From an uncultured virus (IMG/VR IMGVR_UViG_3300035670_000196) (lineage: Duplodnaviria; Heunggongvirae; Uroviricota; Caudoviricetes), in the IMG/VR virus record IMGVR_UViG_3300035670_000196: a stretch of 64,000 nt of DNA; one strand, 5' to 3'. The translations under genes were made by a program, and so were the position numbers. The notes beneath the pieces are model-generated. The model saw only the letters and a list, made by a program, of their open reading frames with translations. It did no database searches and was not told the DNA's origin. Below are positions 1 through 7,987 of the stretch, piece by piece. Numbering within the stretch: the stretch's first letter is position 1; each line of letters opens with the position of its first letter.

Positions 1-1
1 A

Positions 2-586
2 CTTTGGCAAGGCGACACGCTATTAGAGCCACAGTTGGGGCCGCCAGAGGAGCACATACAGGTAAGTAGCACTGGTAAAGTTGGCAAGTCAGAGCGTTAT
101 CGAGTGTTATCCGGAGTCCCAAAACGCACCAGGGTTCGCGATTGGTTGATCAACCCACCGGAGCCACCATTTACGATTGCAATCGCTGAAAGTGGTCAGA
201 AGCATATCTTGTTCTTGGCTCAGACTGGCTACGATCGAGATAACTATCCGGTGCAATTTGAGATGGATTCTTTGGCGATCAATCGGGCTAAATTCGTCGC
301 ACTGCTTGAGGCCTATGAAGCATTGCTAAATTTAGCCTTTAGCAAAACTGAGATTGATACAGGCGAGTATCGGGCGGATCGATTAATAGCAAATTTTTAC
401 CAATGGCAATCGTTAGAGCAACAAATCGAACAATACCGATCGGGCGGTAAACCATCACGATTGCTACAATTGATTAGCTTTGTTGCGATCAAACCAAAAT
501 ATCAAGCATCTACTTTGCCTCAAAAAAAAGAACCACTAAGAGCAGAAAACAAACCTTTAGTACAAGCACAATTAAGTTTTTTCTAA
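2..586 (+). CDS. csf1: Type IV CRISPR-Cas large subunit Csf1 (Cas8-like), 5'-truncated by the window edge
   Basis: Frame is open from position 2 (LWQGDTLLEPQLG...). It contains the Csf1-like motif WLINPPEPPFTIAIAESGQKHILF and is coupled to cas6. The N-terminal Zn-finger part is not in the window. Confidence 0.75.
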   Translation, partial: LWQGDTLLEPQLGPPEEHIQVSSTGKVGKSERYRVLSGVPKRTRVRDWLINPPEPPFTIAIAESGQKHILFLAQTGYDRDNYPVQFEMDSLAINRAKFVALLEAYEALLNLAFSKTEIDTGEYRADRLIANFYQWQSLEQQIEQYRSGGKPSRLLQLISFVAIKPKYQASTLPQKKEPLRAENKPLVQAQLSFF

Positions 587-1206
587 TGAACGAATATGTT
601 GATTTGTATTGGAGCGTAATGGGCGATCGTTTACGCGCCGATCACAATTATCGGCTATATGCTGCACTAGTTGGCGCAAATCAAAATTTAAAACAAGTTT
701 CTTATCGAATGAATGCGATAAGCGGCGTAGCAGAAAATAATGGATGGATTAAGCTAAACCGTCAGTCTAAATTAATTATTCGCTGCAAATATCAAGACAT
801 ACATGAATTTGACGCATTAGATAATTCAATTATTCGTGTTGGACAAAATATTATTCAACTAACTTTCAACGGAGGACAAGCAGTTTCTTCAAAGCCTGCA
901 CTAACTGCAGATATTGTGACAATTAAATGTGAATTTAAATGTCGCGTTTCACCTTTTGAGTTTGGTGTTGCCGTAGGAAAACAATTGCAATCACTTGGAA
1001 TTCTTAGTATGCCAAGAATAGGTGATCGAAAATCTTTGCAAATCAAAGAATCAAATATTATTGGCTATGCAATTTTATTTGATTCTTTGACACCCGCAGA
1101 ATCACTTATGCTACAAGCCCATGGCATTGGCGGACGAGCAAAAATGGGATGTGGTTTTTTTGCAACGCTTTTTAAGGCAGGTTCGACTCCTGCGATCCGG
1201 GTTTAA
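586..1206 (+). CDS. cas6: Cas6 endoribonuclease (I-MYXAN/Cmx6-like)
   Basis: N-terminal VDL...G..L.ADHNY.LY.AL motif and C-terminal glycine-rich loop GIGGRAKMGCGFF. Start overlaps the csf1 stop (TAATG). Confidence 0.85.
   Translation: MNEYVDLYWSVMGDRLRADHNYRLYAALVGANQNLKQVSYRMNAISGVAENNGWIKLNRQSKLIIRCKYQDIHEFDALDNSIIRVGQNIIQLTFNGGQAVSSKPALTADIVTIKCEFKCRVSPFEFGVAVGKQLQSLGILSMPRIGDRKSLQIKESNIIGYAILFDSLTPAESLMLQAHGIGGRAKMGCGFFATLFKAGSTPAIRV
1175..1200 (+). repeat. 26-bp exact copy of the 3' half of the tRNA(CAT) gene (att-like direct repeat)
   Basis: AGGCAGGTTCGACTCCTGCGATCCGG occurs at 1175-1200 and 60756-60781. Confidence 0.95.
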
Positions 1207-1238
1207 ATTATTACCTGCCTGCTATTCAGCTACTGAAA

Positions 1239-1416
1239 TATGACACTTTGCGATCCCCAAGAAAGTGCCACATTTTAGCTTGACAAAAACGCAAACACCA
1301 AAAACATCGATCAAAATCTTGAAAAAGATCGGGAGCAAATTGCTGTGTGACAGTTTTATTGATCCCCACTAAAGTGTCACAATATCGACCTCAAATCAAA
1401 AATCATGTGGGATATT
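1239..1416 (+). promoter_or_regulatory. Dispersed operator/promoter motif (two TGTGnCA...TGnCACA boxes plus TGTGGGATATT)
   Basis: Same motif family as the copies at 37505, 39936, 44349, 46315, 48831, 49900, 55387 and 56090. Lies upstream of the ORF at 1444. Confidence 0.6.
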
Positions 1417-1443
1417 GGAACAAGTTCATTCGCGAGACACATT

Positions 1444-1626
1444 ATGTTTTCTTCTATTGCTTCCGCCGACGACTTCAAGACCTTCGTCCTTGAGTGGCTG
1501 TACGAGGGCCTTCACAACGACGATGGTGACGAGGACGCCTTCTTTGAGGCCCTTTTCGACGAGTCTGAGCGCTGGCTTTCTTTTGAGGATTGGGAAGCCT
1601 TCTGCATGGCGCACGGGTTAGCCTAG
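1444..1626 (+). CDS. Small, very acidic protein
   Basis: MFSSIASADDFK...NDDGDEDAFFEALFDESE. Bounded by the promoter motif and terminator hairpins. Confidence 0.6.
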   Translation: MFSSIASADDFKTFVLEWLYEGLHNDDGDEDAFFEALFDESERWLSFEDWEAFCMAHGLA

Positions 1627-1632
1627 CCTTTC

Positions 1633-1697
1633 GCCCCCCTCGGGGGGCTTACTACAGCGATCCCCGCTAAATACCTAGCGGGGATCGCTGTTTTTTC
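1633..1697 (+). terminator. Two hairpins, likely intrinsic terminator(s)
   Basis: GCCCCCC-TC-GGGGGGC, then a 16-bp perfect inverted repeat ACAGCGATCCCCGCTA-N6-TAGCGGGGATCGCTGT (1654-1691) followed by a T-run. Confidence 0.7.
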
Positions 1698-1710
1698 ACA
1701 ACGTTTTAAA

Positions 1711-1879
1711 AAAGATCGGGCAGAAAGATCGGGGAAAATAATAACAGCATGGGGATCGCTAAAAAAAGATCGGGAGCAAAAGTTAAGGCTAAAAAAAGAT
1801 CGGGTAGGAATCGCTAAAAAAGATCGGGTGGTTTAGCGCAAAAGATCGGGAATAAAAGTTAGGGCCAAAAAAGATCGGG
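1711..1879 (+). repeat. Cluster of AAAGATCGGG direct repeats
   Basis: Copies start at 1711, 1724, 1765, 1795, 1819, 1841 and 1870, with one more at 1324. Confidence 0.9.
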
Positions 1880-2118
1880 TAGGGATCGCCGTTTGAACTT
1901 CGGGCGAAAAGCTGTAAGCAAAAATTTTTTTGCGAATAAAGCAATGGCGGTTAAGTGGTGGTGTAGGTAGCAAGACATCGGGGAATGTCTGAATTGTTAC
2001 TATTGCGGGCATGGACAGTTTGTTTTATTTTGCGATTGCGATTTTGTGATTAATCCCTGCATTCGTATCGCTTAGTTTTTATCCCCCCCCTTTTTAAACG
2101 GGGAATCTACTTTATTGA

Positions 2119-2973
2119 TTATCTGCGAATAAATCGCCGCCGTTTAGGTGATGGTGGTGGCGCAAGCAACAAAACATCAGGCAATGTCTCAATTATTGCC
2201 GCTACAGATATGGTTCGATTGGTCATATCGCTACCTATTATTTTTTCGTTGTCGCTATTGTATAGTACGCCTCCGCGTTGTTGTGCGGCAAAATATCGTC
2301 GTTCGTCGATGCTGCAATACCGTACAGCCTTAGCCATATAGCGCCGAATGTCGCCCACTGGAGCAGCGTACCGTTGTCGCCAATAGACAATGAACGCGGC
2401 TCTGATTAAGCGATCTAGGGCCAGCTCATGCGCTAAGCGGTTGGCTTCAAATCGTCGCAGCAAGTACATGTGATCGGCCAATATGGTACTGGCTTCTTTT
2501 GGATATGGTTGTGGTGTGGGTGGATAGCGCAGCCGTTTCTGTGGGTGTGCTGGCCCTTTGCAGTGCAAGTTCCACGGCTGTCCTGTCCGAGCTGCACCCA
2601 TGCCGCACAAGCGTTTATTCGGTACGTCCTGCAGTCTTCCGCAGCTGCACCGACACCGGTAAAGTGTGCCTTTGCTGCCAGACTGGTAAGGGCTTTTATC
2701 TAATACGGTAAATTCACCGTAGGTATCGCCCGGTTTTATTTTGCGAACCTTGTCCCCTATCTTTTGTCGGGATTCAGCCGACAACGGTGGTCGTCGCCCT
2801 TTCGCACAGCCACAGGATAGTTGCCGCTTTAGGTTGCAGTGCCAGACGATCGCAATGTTGCCGCAATCGCACAATAGCCGATGCTGCGACTTTTGACCGG
2901 GAACACAGATCGGCTCGATGTAGGTCATCTGCCCAAAGCGATCGCCTGGTGTGTAGGTCGGCAGTCTAGCCAT
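2119..2973 (-). CDS. Protein with repeated CxCG Zn-binding modules, as in N-termini of phage HNH/AP2 homing-endonuclease-like proteins
   Basis: Motifs LLCDCGN, SCGC and YRCRCSCG, plus NUMOD-like LSAESRQKIG. No clear HNH motif. Start taken at MARLPT. Confidence 0.5.
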   Translation of the reverse strand: MARLPTYTPGDRFGQMTYIEPICVPGQKSQHRLLCDCGNIAIVWHCNLKRQLSCGCAKGRRPPLSAESRQKIGDKVRKIKPGDTYGEFTVLDKSPYQSGSKGTLYRCRCSCGRLQDVPNKRLCGMGAARTGQPWNLHCKGPAHPQKRLRYPPTPQPYPKEASTILADHMYLLRRFEANRLAHELALDRLIRAAFIVYWRQRYAAPVGDIRRYMAKAVRYCSIDERRYFAAQQRGGVLYNSDNEKIIGSDMTNRTISVAAIIETLPDVLLLAPPPSPKRRRFIRR

Positions 2974-3382
2974 TGTCAAAGCTTGAGCGATACAGTACGC
3001 CGCAGAACCGCAGCCCACCAGGGTAAAACGAAAGGCAAGCAACACACACCGCAAGTTTTTTTACCGATAGTTGCCATTCTCCTTTGTCTTTCTTTGGGTT
3101 CGGAAACATAATGGTATCGCCTTGCTCCGCCAGCATGGGCGCAAATTCAGCAACAAAGTCAAGCCAGTCATGCGGCAAATCCCCGCTGTCTTTTATGGCA
3201 GCAATGGCCACAGGTATCATCGAGTGCAAGATTTGCTGTAGGTCGCTGGTAACAGTGTAAACAGCGCCATTGACGCAGCGCATAGCTCCCGATTTTAAAT
3301 CGTTTAGCAGTTGTGAACCATCGGGGGTCAGGTCAGAAAATTTTTGCAGTTGTGATATTGCGGCTGTGTCGTAAAATTGCAT
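2966..3382 (-). CDS. Hypothetical phage protein
   Basis: MQFYDTAA...LSFYPGGLRFCG. Its end overlaps the start of the next gene. Confidence 0.55.
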   Translation of the reverse strand: MQFYDTAAISQLQKFSDLTPDGSQLLNDLKSGAMRCVNGAVYTVTSDLQQILHSMIPVAIAAIKDSGDLPHDWLDFVAEFAPMLAEQGDTIMFPNPKKDKGEWQLSVKKLAVCVACLSFYPGGLRFCGVLYRSSFDNG

Positions 3383-3413
3383 GGTAATTAAAAGACGATT
3401 ACACAAAAACACA

Positions 3414-3857
3414 ATGTTTTGGAGCAGCGACCCAACCCGAATAGCCAACGTAGGTGATCGAGTCTGGATTCCGATCCAAAACAATCTAGGCCCATATACC
3501 ATAGTTCGCCGCTTTCGGAATAAAACGGGGCAGGCGTTTTTTGTTTTCAAAGAGAATGATAAACCTTTCCGTGTGGAGTGTTACAGTTATTGGCCTGAGG
3601 TCGGCGATACGGTATTAGTAAACCTTGAGCCGTATTTATCCTATTTGGCTGAGCAGTCGGGGCGAAACAAAACCCTAAAAGACCGGTTGGCAGCCTATTC
3701 GGAAAACGTGATTTCGCTTATGGGAAAATATACCCTAGAGCAAGTAAAAGGCGATATGGCGACGATTGACCCGGTGTCTGATGCTGGGGATCGACTAAAG
3801 CTGCCAGTCCGGGCAGTGTTGGTTTTTCAAAAAAAAGATGGAGCTGAGGCGCGATAA
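3414..3857 (+). CDS. Hypothetical protein (SH3/KOW-like VGD repeats)
   Basis: Contains VGDRVW and VGDTVL. Start context AAAACACAATG matches other genes here. Confidence 0.55.
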   Translation: MFWSSDPTRIANVGDRVWIPIQNNLGPYTIVRRFRNKTGQAFFVFKENDKPFRVECYSYWPEVGDTVLVNLEPYLSYLAEQSGRNKTLKDRLAAYSENVISLMGKYTLEQVKGDMATIDPVSDAGDRLKLPVRAVLVFQKKDGAEAR

Positions 3858-3925
3858 AAGGCTGCAATTGGGTTGAAGACGTGCAAGGGATTGAAAGTTA
3901 GAAAAAAAGATGGAGCAGAAGCAAG

Positions 3926-4255
3926 ATGATGTACACACCGAATCATTACCGAGTGGCTAGCCATTATGGTGCAGAACGGTTGCAGTCTATCGGGATTAAG
4001 CCCGAGCATCTTAGGATGGAATGCTTTGAGGCACTAGAACAGCATTATCCGTGGATCTTGCGGGACGCCTACTTGTTCAATGTCGTGAAATACTGGTGGC
4101 GGATGGGGCTTAAGGGGGATGCCGCTGATGACAAGGGTAAGGCTTATGTTTACGCGCGGAGGGGCTTACGGTATCACAGCAAATGGTATCGACGCATGGC
4201 AAATCCCAAACTGTATCGTGCCCTAAAGGTAGCCAAAGCTTGGGGGCTAGACTAA
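3926..4255 (+). CDS. Hypothetical protein (DUF3310-like)
   Basis: PNHY...ECFE...FNVVKYWWRMGLKGDAADDKGKA pattern. Confidence 0.5.
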   Translation: MMYTPNHYRVASHYGAERLQSIGIKPEHLRMECFEALEQHYPWILRDAYLFNVVKYWWRMGLKGDAADDKGKAYVYARRGLRYHSKWYRRMANPKLYRALKVAKAWGLD

Positions 4256-4830
4256 TGCGTGTCGTTGGCATTGACCCTGGCAATCAGGGGGGAGTCGCTT
4301 TCTTGAGCGGCGAGAAGCTAGTCGACGCCGTGTCTATGCCGACGCTTAGGGAAAAAGTCGCTAAAGCAGCTAAGGGCAAGGTTCGCACAGAGCCCGATTT
4401 TGACGAACTGATACAAGTGTTCGATCGGATTGCAGCATTTGAGCCTGATCTAGTTGCATTGGAGCAGCTGTGGGCGATGGCGGGGGACAGTGCCCAGACG
4501 TGTTTTTCCCTTGGGGGCTCCTATAAGGCGTTACGGATGGCGCTGCACACACACCGGCTACCGTATCAGCTGATAGCCCCAGGTGCTTGGAAGCGCTCGG
4601 ACGAGTATAAGCCTTATAAATTATGGGGAGCAGGGGATGAGGGTAAAGAAATCGCCATCGATATAGTCCGTACGCTTTACCCGCAGGATTTTACACGGTG
4701 CATTTGCCCTTTGCGTAAGGGATCGACGACTCGCAGAAACAAGCCCCATGATGGGCGAGCGGATGCTGTGTTGATAGCTAGGTTTGCACAAAAAAGAGGA
4801 ATAGCCGATGGATACGTTAGAGCTGTATGA
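4255..4830 (+). CDS. RuvC-like Holliday junction resolvase
   Basis: MRVVGIDPG, LVALE, P..WK and HDGRADAVLIA acidic catalytic motifs. Confidence 0.85.
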   Translation: MRVVGIDPGNQGGVAFLSGEKLVDAVSMPTLREKVAKAAKGKVRTEPDFDELIQVFDRIAAFEPDLVALEQLWAMAGDSAQTCFSLGGSYKALRMALHTHRLPYQLIAPGAWKRSDEYKPYKLWGAGDEGKEIAIDIVRTLYPQDFTRCICPLRKGSTTRRNKPHDGRADAVLIARFAQKRGIADGYVRAV

Positions 4831-5437
4831 GGACGCGTTAAGGAGGGGGCAGCTAAACTTGTTTGAAGAGACTGAAACTCAAGCATGGGATAGCGACGAC
4901 TGGGAAACACCGACGTGGTTAGCCCAAAAAATTGCTGGGTTACTCCGACCCGACGAACAGCGAGTATTGGAGCCGTCAGCAGGATCGGGGCAGATTGTAT
5001 GGGAGCTGCTGCAGCTAGGGCACACAGTAACGGCCATTGAGCCTAACCCTAATAGGTTTGTTCGTTTGCCTCAAAGCCCCAACCTTCAGAGGCATCTAGG
5101 CCGATTCGAGAATACGAAGATCGGCTCTTTCGATGTGGTAGTCACAAACCCGCCCTTCACGATGGGGATTGAGTTTTTGCGACTAGCACTGAAGCACATT
5201 AAGCCAGATGGACGAGTGTTGTTTTTACTGCCGTCTGATTATTTCCAAGCGCAAGGCAGGGCTAAAGAATTCAGCCGTTTGAATTGCCATATATCAAAAA
5301 TGTGGCCGATCGTGGGCCGTGTTGCTTACTTGCGGAATGGTACACCTGAGTCGAACCGGCAGTGTTACGATTCGGTGTTTGAGTTTCGGAGAGGACAATG
5401 CGACGCCCCTGTCACGCCTATCATGCAAAAAAGTTGA
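4808..5437 (+). CDS. N6-adenine (amino) DNA methyltransferase
   Basis: WETP, VLEPSAGSG (SAM binding) and VVTNPPF (motif IV). Confidence 0.85.
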   Translation: MDTLELYEDALRRGQLNLFEETETQAWDSDDWETPTWLAQKIAGLLRPDEQRVLEPSAGSGQIVWELLQLGHTVTAIEPNPNRFVRLPQSPNLQRHLGRFENTKIGSFDVVVTNPPFTMGIEFLRLALKHIKPDGRVLFLLPSDYFQAQGRAKEFSRLNCHISKMWPIVGRVAYLRNGTPESNRQCYDSVFEFRRGQCDAPVTPIMQKS

Positions 5438-5452
5438 GCAGTTAGTCTAATC

Positions 5453-5641
5453 ATGAGTCAACAATCTTCCAAATATAAACCCTGGGTGGTCTGCCACTGC
5501 CGACAGTGCAAGCGGGGCACCAAGTACCGCCAGTCAGTTCTTAAGGCTAGCAAGCGGCAGTATCGTCATCGAGTCAATTGCCAATTGCGGCAGGGGCTGT
5601 CAGTTGACTTGTCGCGGGTGTCAGCCGGGTATACAGATTAA
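5453..5641 (+). CDS. Small basic Cys-containing protein
   Basis: CHCRQC motif; last gene of the plus-strand run. Confidence 0.45.
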   Translation: MSQQSSKYKPWVVCHCRQCKRGTKYRQSVLKASKRQYRHRVNCQLRQGLSVDLSRVSAGYTD

Positions 5642-6939
5642 CCCATCCACGCAATGCCCTGCACATCGCCCCGTGCAGGGCCTTTTATGCGTACAGTAGA
5701 TTCAGTAATGTCGCCAAGTAAGCATGTACCGTCCTCCGTGTATCGAGCGGTTGCTAACGTTGCGGGGATAGCGGCAGATTCAGATTCGAGACGTGTTTTA
5801 AGTGTCTCTCCGTCAACATCTTGCTCTAGGTCAATGCAAAAATACTTAGACCCAGATGTTTTAAGGTTTACATCGACTGTAGCGGTGTAGCTCGTTGAGC
5901 AATCGCTGTTCGATGTGTCTAGTATCTTGTTATATTGCAATACACCTGATCGCCAGTCCGTGTCAGCAGCGACTGGCGTATCGCCATTGGCCCGTTCAAA
6001 AATAATAGGATTAGCGCCTTTTTGTAAATAAATTATTTGCTGAAATAAATCATATTCGCCAGATGATTGATCTGTATTGGGTAAATGCCTAATCGTCACA
6101 TGCCATTTGCTGCCCTGGGTGCTGATCCAAGCGTCGAAAATGTTGTCGGGATAGTTTAGATCTTCAATTGGTGCAGGCCCCACAATGGTTGCAGACGCAA
6201 AAAACGAATAACCCATCAATAACCCTGGGTCAGCGTCTGAGTGTGTCGCTTCACCACTAACACTAATTGTGTAAAAATTTCCAAAAAAATCAGGACTAGG
6301 TGGCAAGGTTAGGTAACTGCTTTGAGTCGCTGTTCGAGAGCCTTCTGCTTCGCTTAGTGGGCCAGCGACTGATCCAACCGTACTGCTGCCTGTAGGAATG
6401 TCACCGTTTATTGTGCTCATTGTGTCGGTGGCAGTCTGAAATACGAGAATTGGCACGTTTGCAAAATATGGCTTGCTATCGGTGACGCTGACAGATTCGC
6501 CTACATCTAATTGGCCAGAGCCGGACACAGATACAGTTGCAGGAGAGAAAGTAGGATCTTCAAGGGACAAATCTTTGTTGATTTCATACAAAAATTGATC
6601 CGCATTATTGCCAATTTTTAGCCAAAATTGATACTTGTCTTCAGTTGTCAGTACGTAAAAAATGGCTGCATTGATTGGCGGTTCTCGGCGTGATTCGATC
6701 GGCGTCTTGACCCTGGGTTTGCTGTCAATTTCGACGATGCCAGCATTTGTAGACGTTGCAACCAAACCCAAGTCAATGCCAGCGTTGCTTGCTAAATTAT
6801 CGTAGTTCAGGCTGTTAGTAGTGTTGGCGGCTTGATTGTATGGCCGTAATTTATTTTCGCTATCCGTCTGATTTTCGGATAGCTGATTAGAATCTACTTG
6901 CGATTTCAACGCAGCTGATGCTTTTTCAGAAGGAGTCAT
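5638..6939 (-). CDS. Putative tail-tip / minor structural protein
   Basis: 433 aa, acidic and S/T-rich, last gene of the tail operon. Confidence 0.5.
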   Translation of the reverse strand: MTPSEKASAALKSQVDSNQLSENQTDSENKLRPYNQAANTTNSLNYDNLASNAGIDLGLVATSTNAGIVEIDSKPRVKTPIESRREPPINAAIFYVLTTEDKYQFWLKIGNNADQFLYEINKDLSLEDPTFSPATVSVSGSGQLDVGESVSVTDSKPYFANVPILVFQTATDTMSTINGDIPTGSSTVGSVAGPLSEAEGSRTATQSSYLTLPPSPDFFGNFYTISVSGEATHSDADPGLLMGYSFFASATIVGPAPIEDLNYPDNIFDAWISTQGSKWHVTIRHLPNTDQSSGEYDLFQQIIYLQKGANPIIFERANGDTPVAADTDWRSGVLQYNKILDTSNSDCSTSYTATVDVNLKTSGSKYFCIDLEQDVDGETLKTRLESESAAIPATLATARYTEDGTCLLGDITESTVRIKGPARGDVQGIAWMG

Positions 6940-7202
6940 TATAGTCGGGGCCGTGGCTTAACTGTAACTACGTCGCCCATTTTCTGCAGCAAATACGATT
7001 CTCCGATCACCGGTTCTGACGTCGATAATACCTGTGCGTACAACGTGCCGCCATTGATTGATGTAAACGTGTGCTGCCCGTTGGTGTAACCGGTATAGCG
7101 CCCAATGGTATTAGCCGAATCGGTTTTAGCCTCAGCAGCTACGGCTTGGTTGATTGACTGGGTCAGAGCTATTCGAGCTTTCGATCGCGCTGTAGTTTTC
7201 AT
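6939..7202 (-). CDS. Small tail-region protein
   Basis: Coupled ORF in the tail operon. Confidence 0.5.
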   Translation of the reverse strand: MKTTARSKARIALTQSINQAVAAEAKTDSANTIGRYTGYTNGQHTFTSINGGTLYAQVLSTSEPVIGESYLLQKMGDVVTVKPRPRL

Positions 7203-7205
7203 GGA

Positions 7206-7565
7206 TTAAGCCACACTAGCGGGGATCGTCAGGAGATAGCTGATACTGTTTCCATCGCCCAGGGTGCCACTAATATCGTTTGTGCCTAGCTCAACGGTTG
7301 TCCCGCCTATCGTAAAAGCAATTCCGTCGTAAGTGATCGAGTCTCCTGAGCTATTGCTAAATGCAAAGGTAACTGGCCCCATACTGCCAGAGCTGGCGGC
7401 GATACCGCTAGCAGTCGTGGTCAACTCTGCTGCTCCTGTAACGTTGGCGTATGACGTACTGGTTGAGTACACAATGCCATTGGTCAGATGCCCCGTAATC
7501 GTTACGCCATTATAGCGATCGTTCAAAATGTCGTTTAGCGTTGCAGTCGGTATAAAAACAGCCAT
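7206..7565 (-). CDS. Minor tail protein
   Basis: G/S/T-rich beta-type composition; tail operon position. Confidence 0.5.
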   Translation of the reverse strand: MAVFIPTATLNDILNDRYNGVTITGHLTNGIVYSTSTSYANVTGAAELTTTASGIAASSGSMGPVTFAFSNSSGDSITYDGIAFTIGGTTVELGTNDISGTLGDGNSISYLLTIPASVA

Positions 7566-7582
7566 TTAGATCACCTGGGAAA

Positions 7583-7975
7583 TTAGCTAGCGGGCATTGT
7601 AATGGTTGCGGCAGTTAGGTCATAACTGGAGCCTGACGTAACAGAAAGAGATGGCCCAATCTCAATTTCCCCACCGCCCCCGCTTACTGTGACGTTTGTC
7701 CCGCTAATCACAATCGTGCCGTCTCGATCTTTATAGCGATAGGCAGCTGCAGTCCCAGTCGCGCCAGCAGTGGCACTGATTGGTAATCCTGTGGCCGTCG
7801 CAACCCCTGTTGAGGCAGAACCAAAAGCATTTGTGCCGTCGAGCGTAAACGTCAGCAATGTTGAAGCAAAACCGCTTGTGCCAATTTCCAGAGTCGGATC
7901 GCCAGTGCCTGCGTCAAGCAGATCGACCACGGCATTGCAAGCGGCGTTACGAGCGGCAGTTGTGATTGTAGCCAT
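7583..7975 (-). CDS. Minor tail protein
   Basis: AARNAACNAVVDLLDAG...A.ATGTAA pattern typical of virion proteins. Confidence 0.55.
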   Translation of the reverse strand: MATITTAARNAACNAVVDLLDAGTGDPTLEIGTSGFASTLLTFTLDGTNAFGSASTGVATATGLPISATAGATGTAAAYRYKDRDGTIVISGTNVTVSGGGGEIEIGPSLSVTSGSSYDLTAATITMPAS

Positions 7976-7987
7976 AAGAACTCCTAT

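Noticed and set aside
1161..1206. Second tRNA gene
   Set aside because: Only the T arm and 3' acceptor strand are present; there is no D or anticodon arm.
1711..1879. CRISPR array downstream of cas6
   Set aside because: The repeat is only about 10 nt, spacing is irregular (13-41 nt), and the intervening sequences are themselves repetitive.
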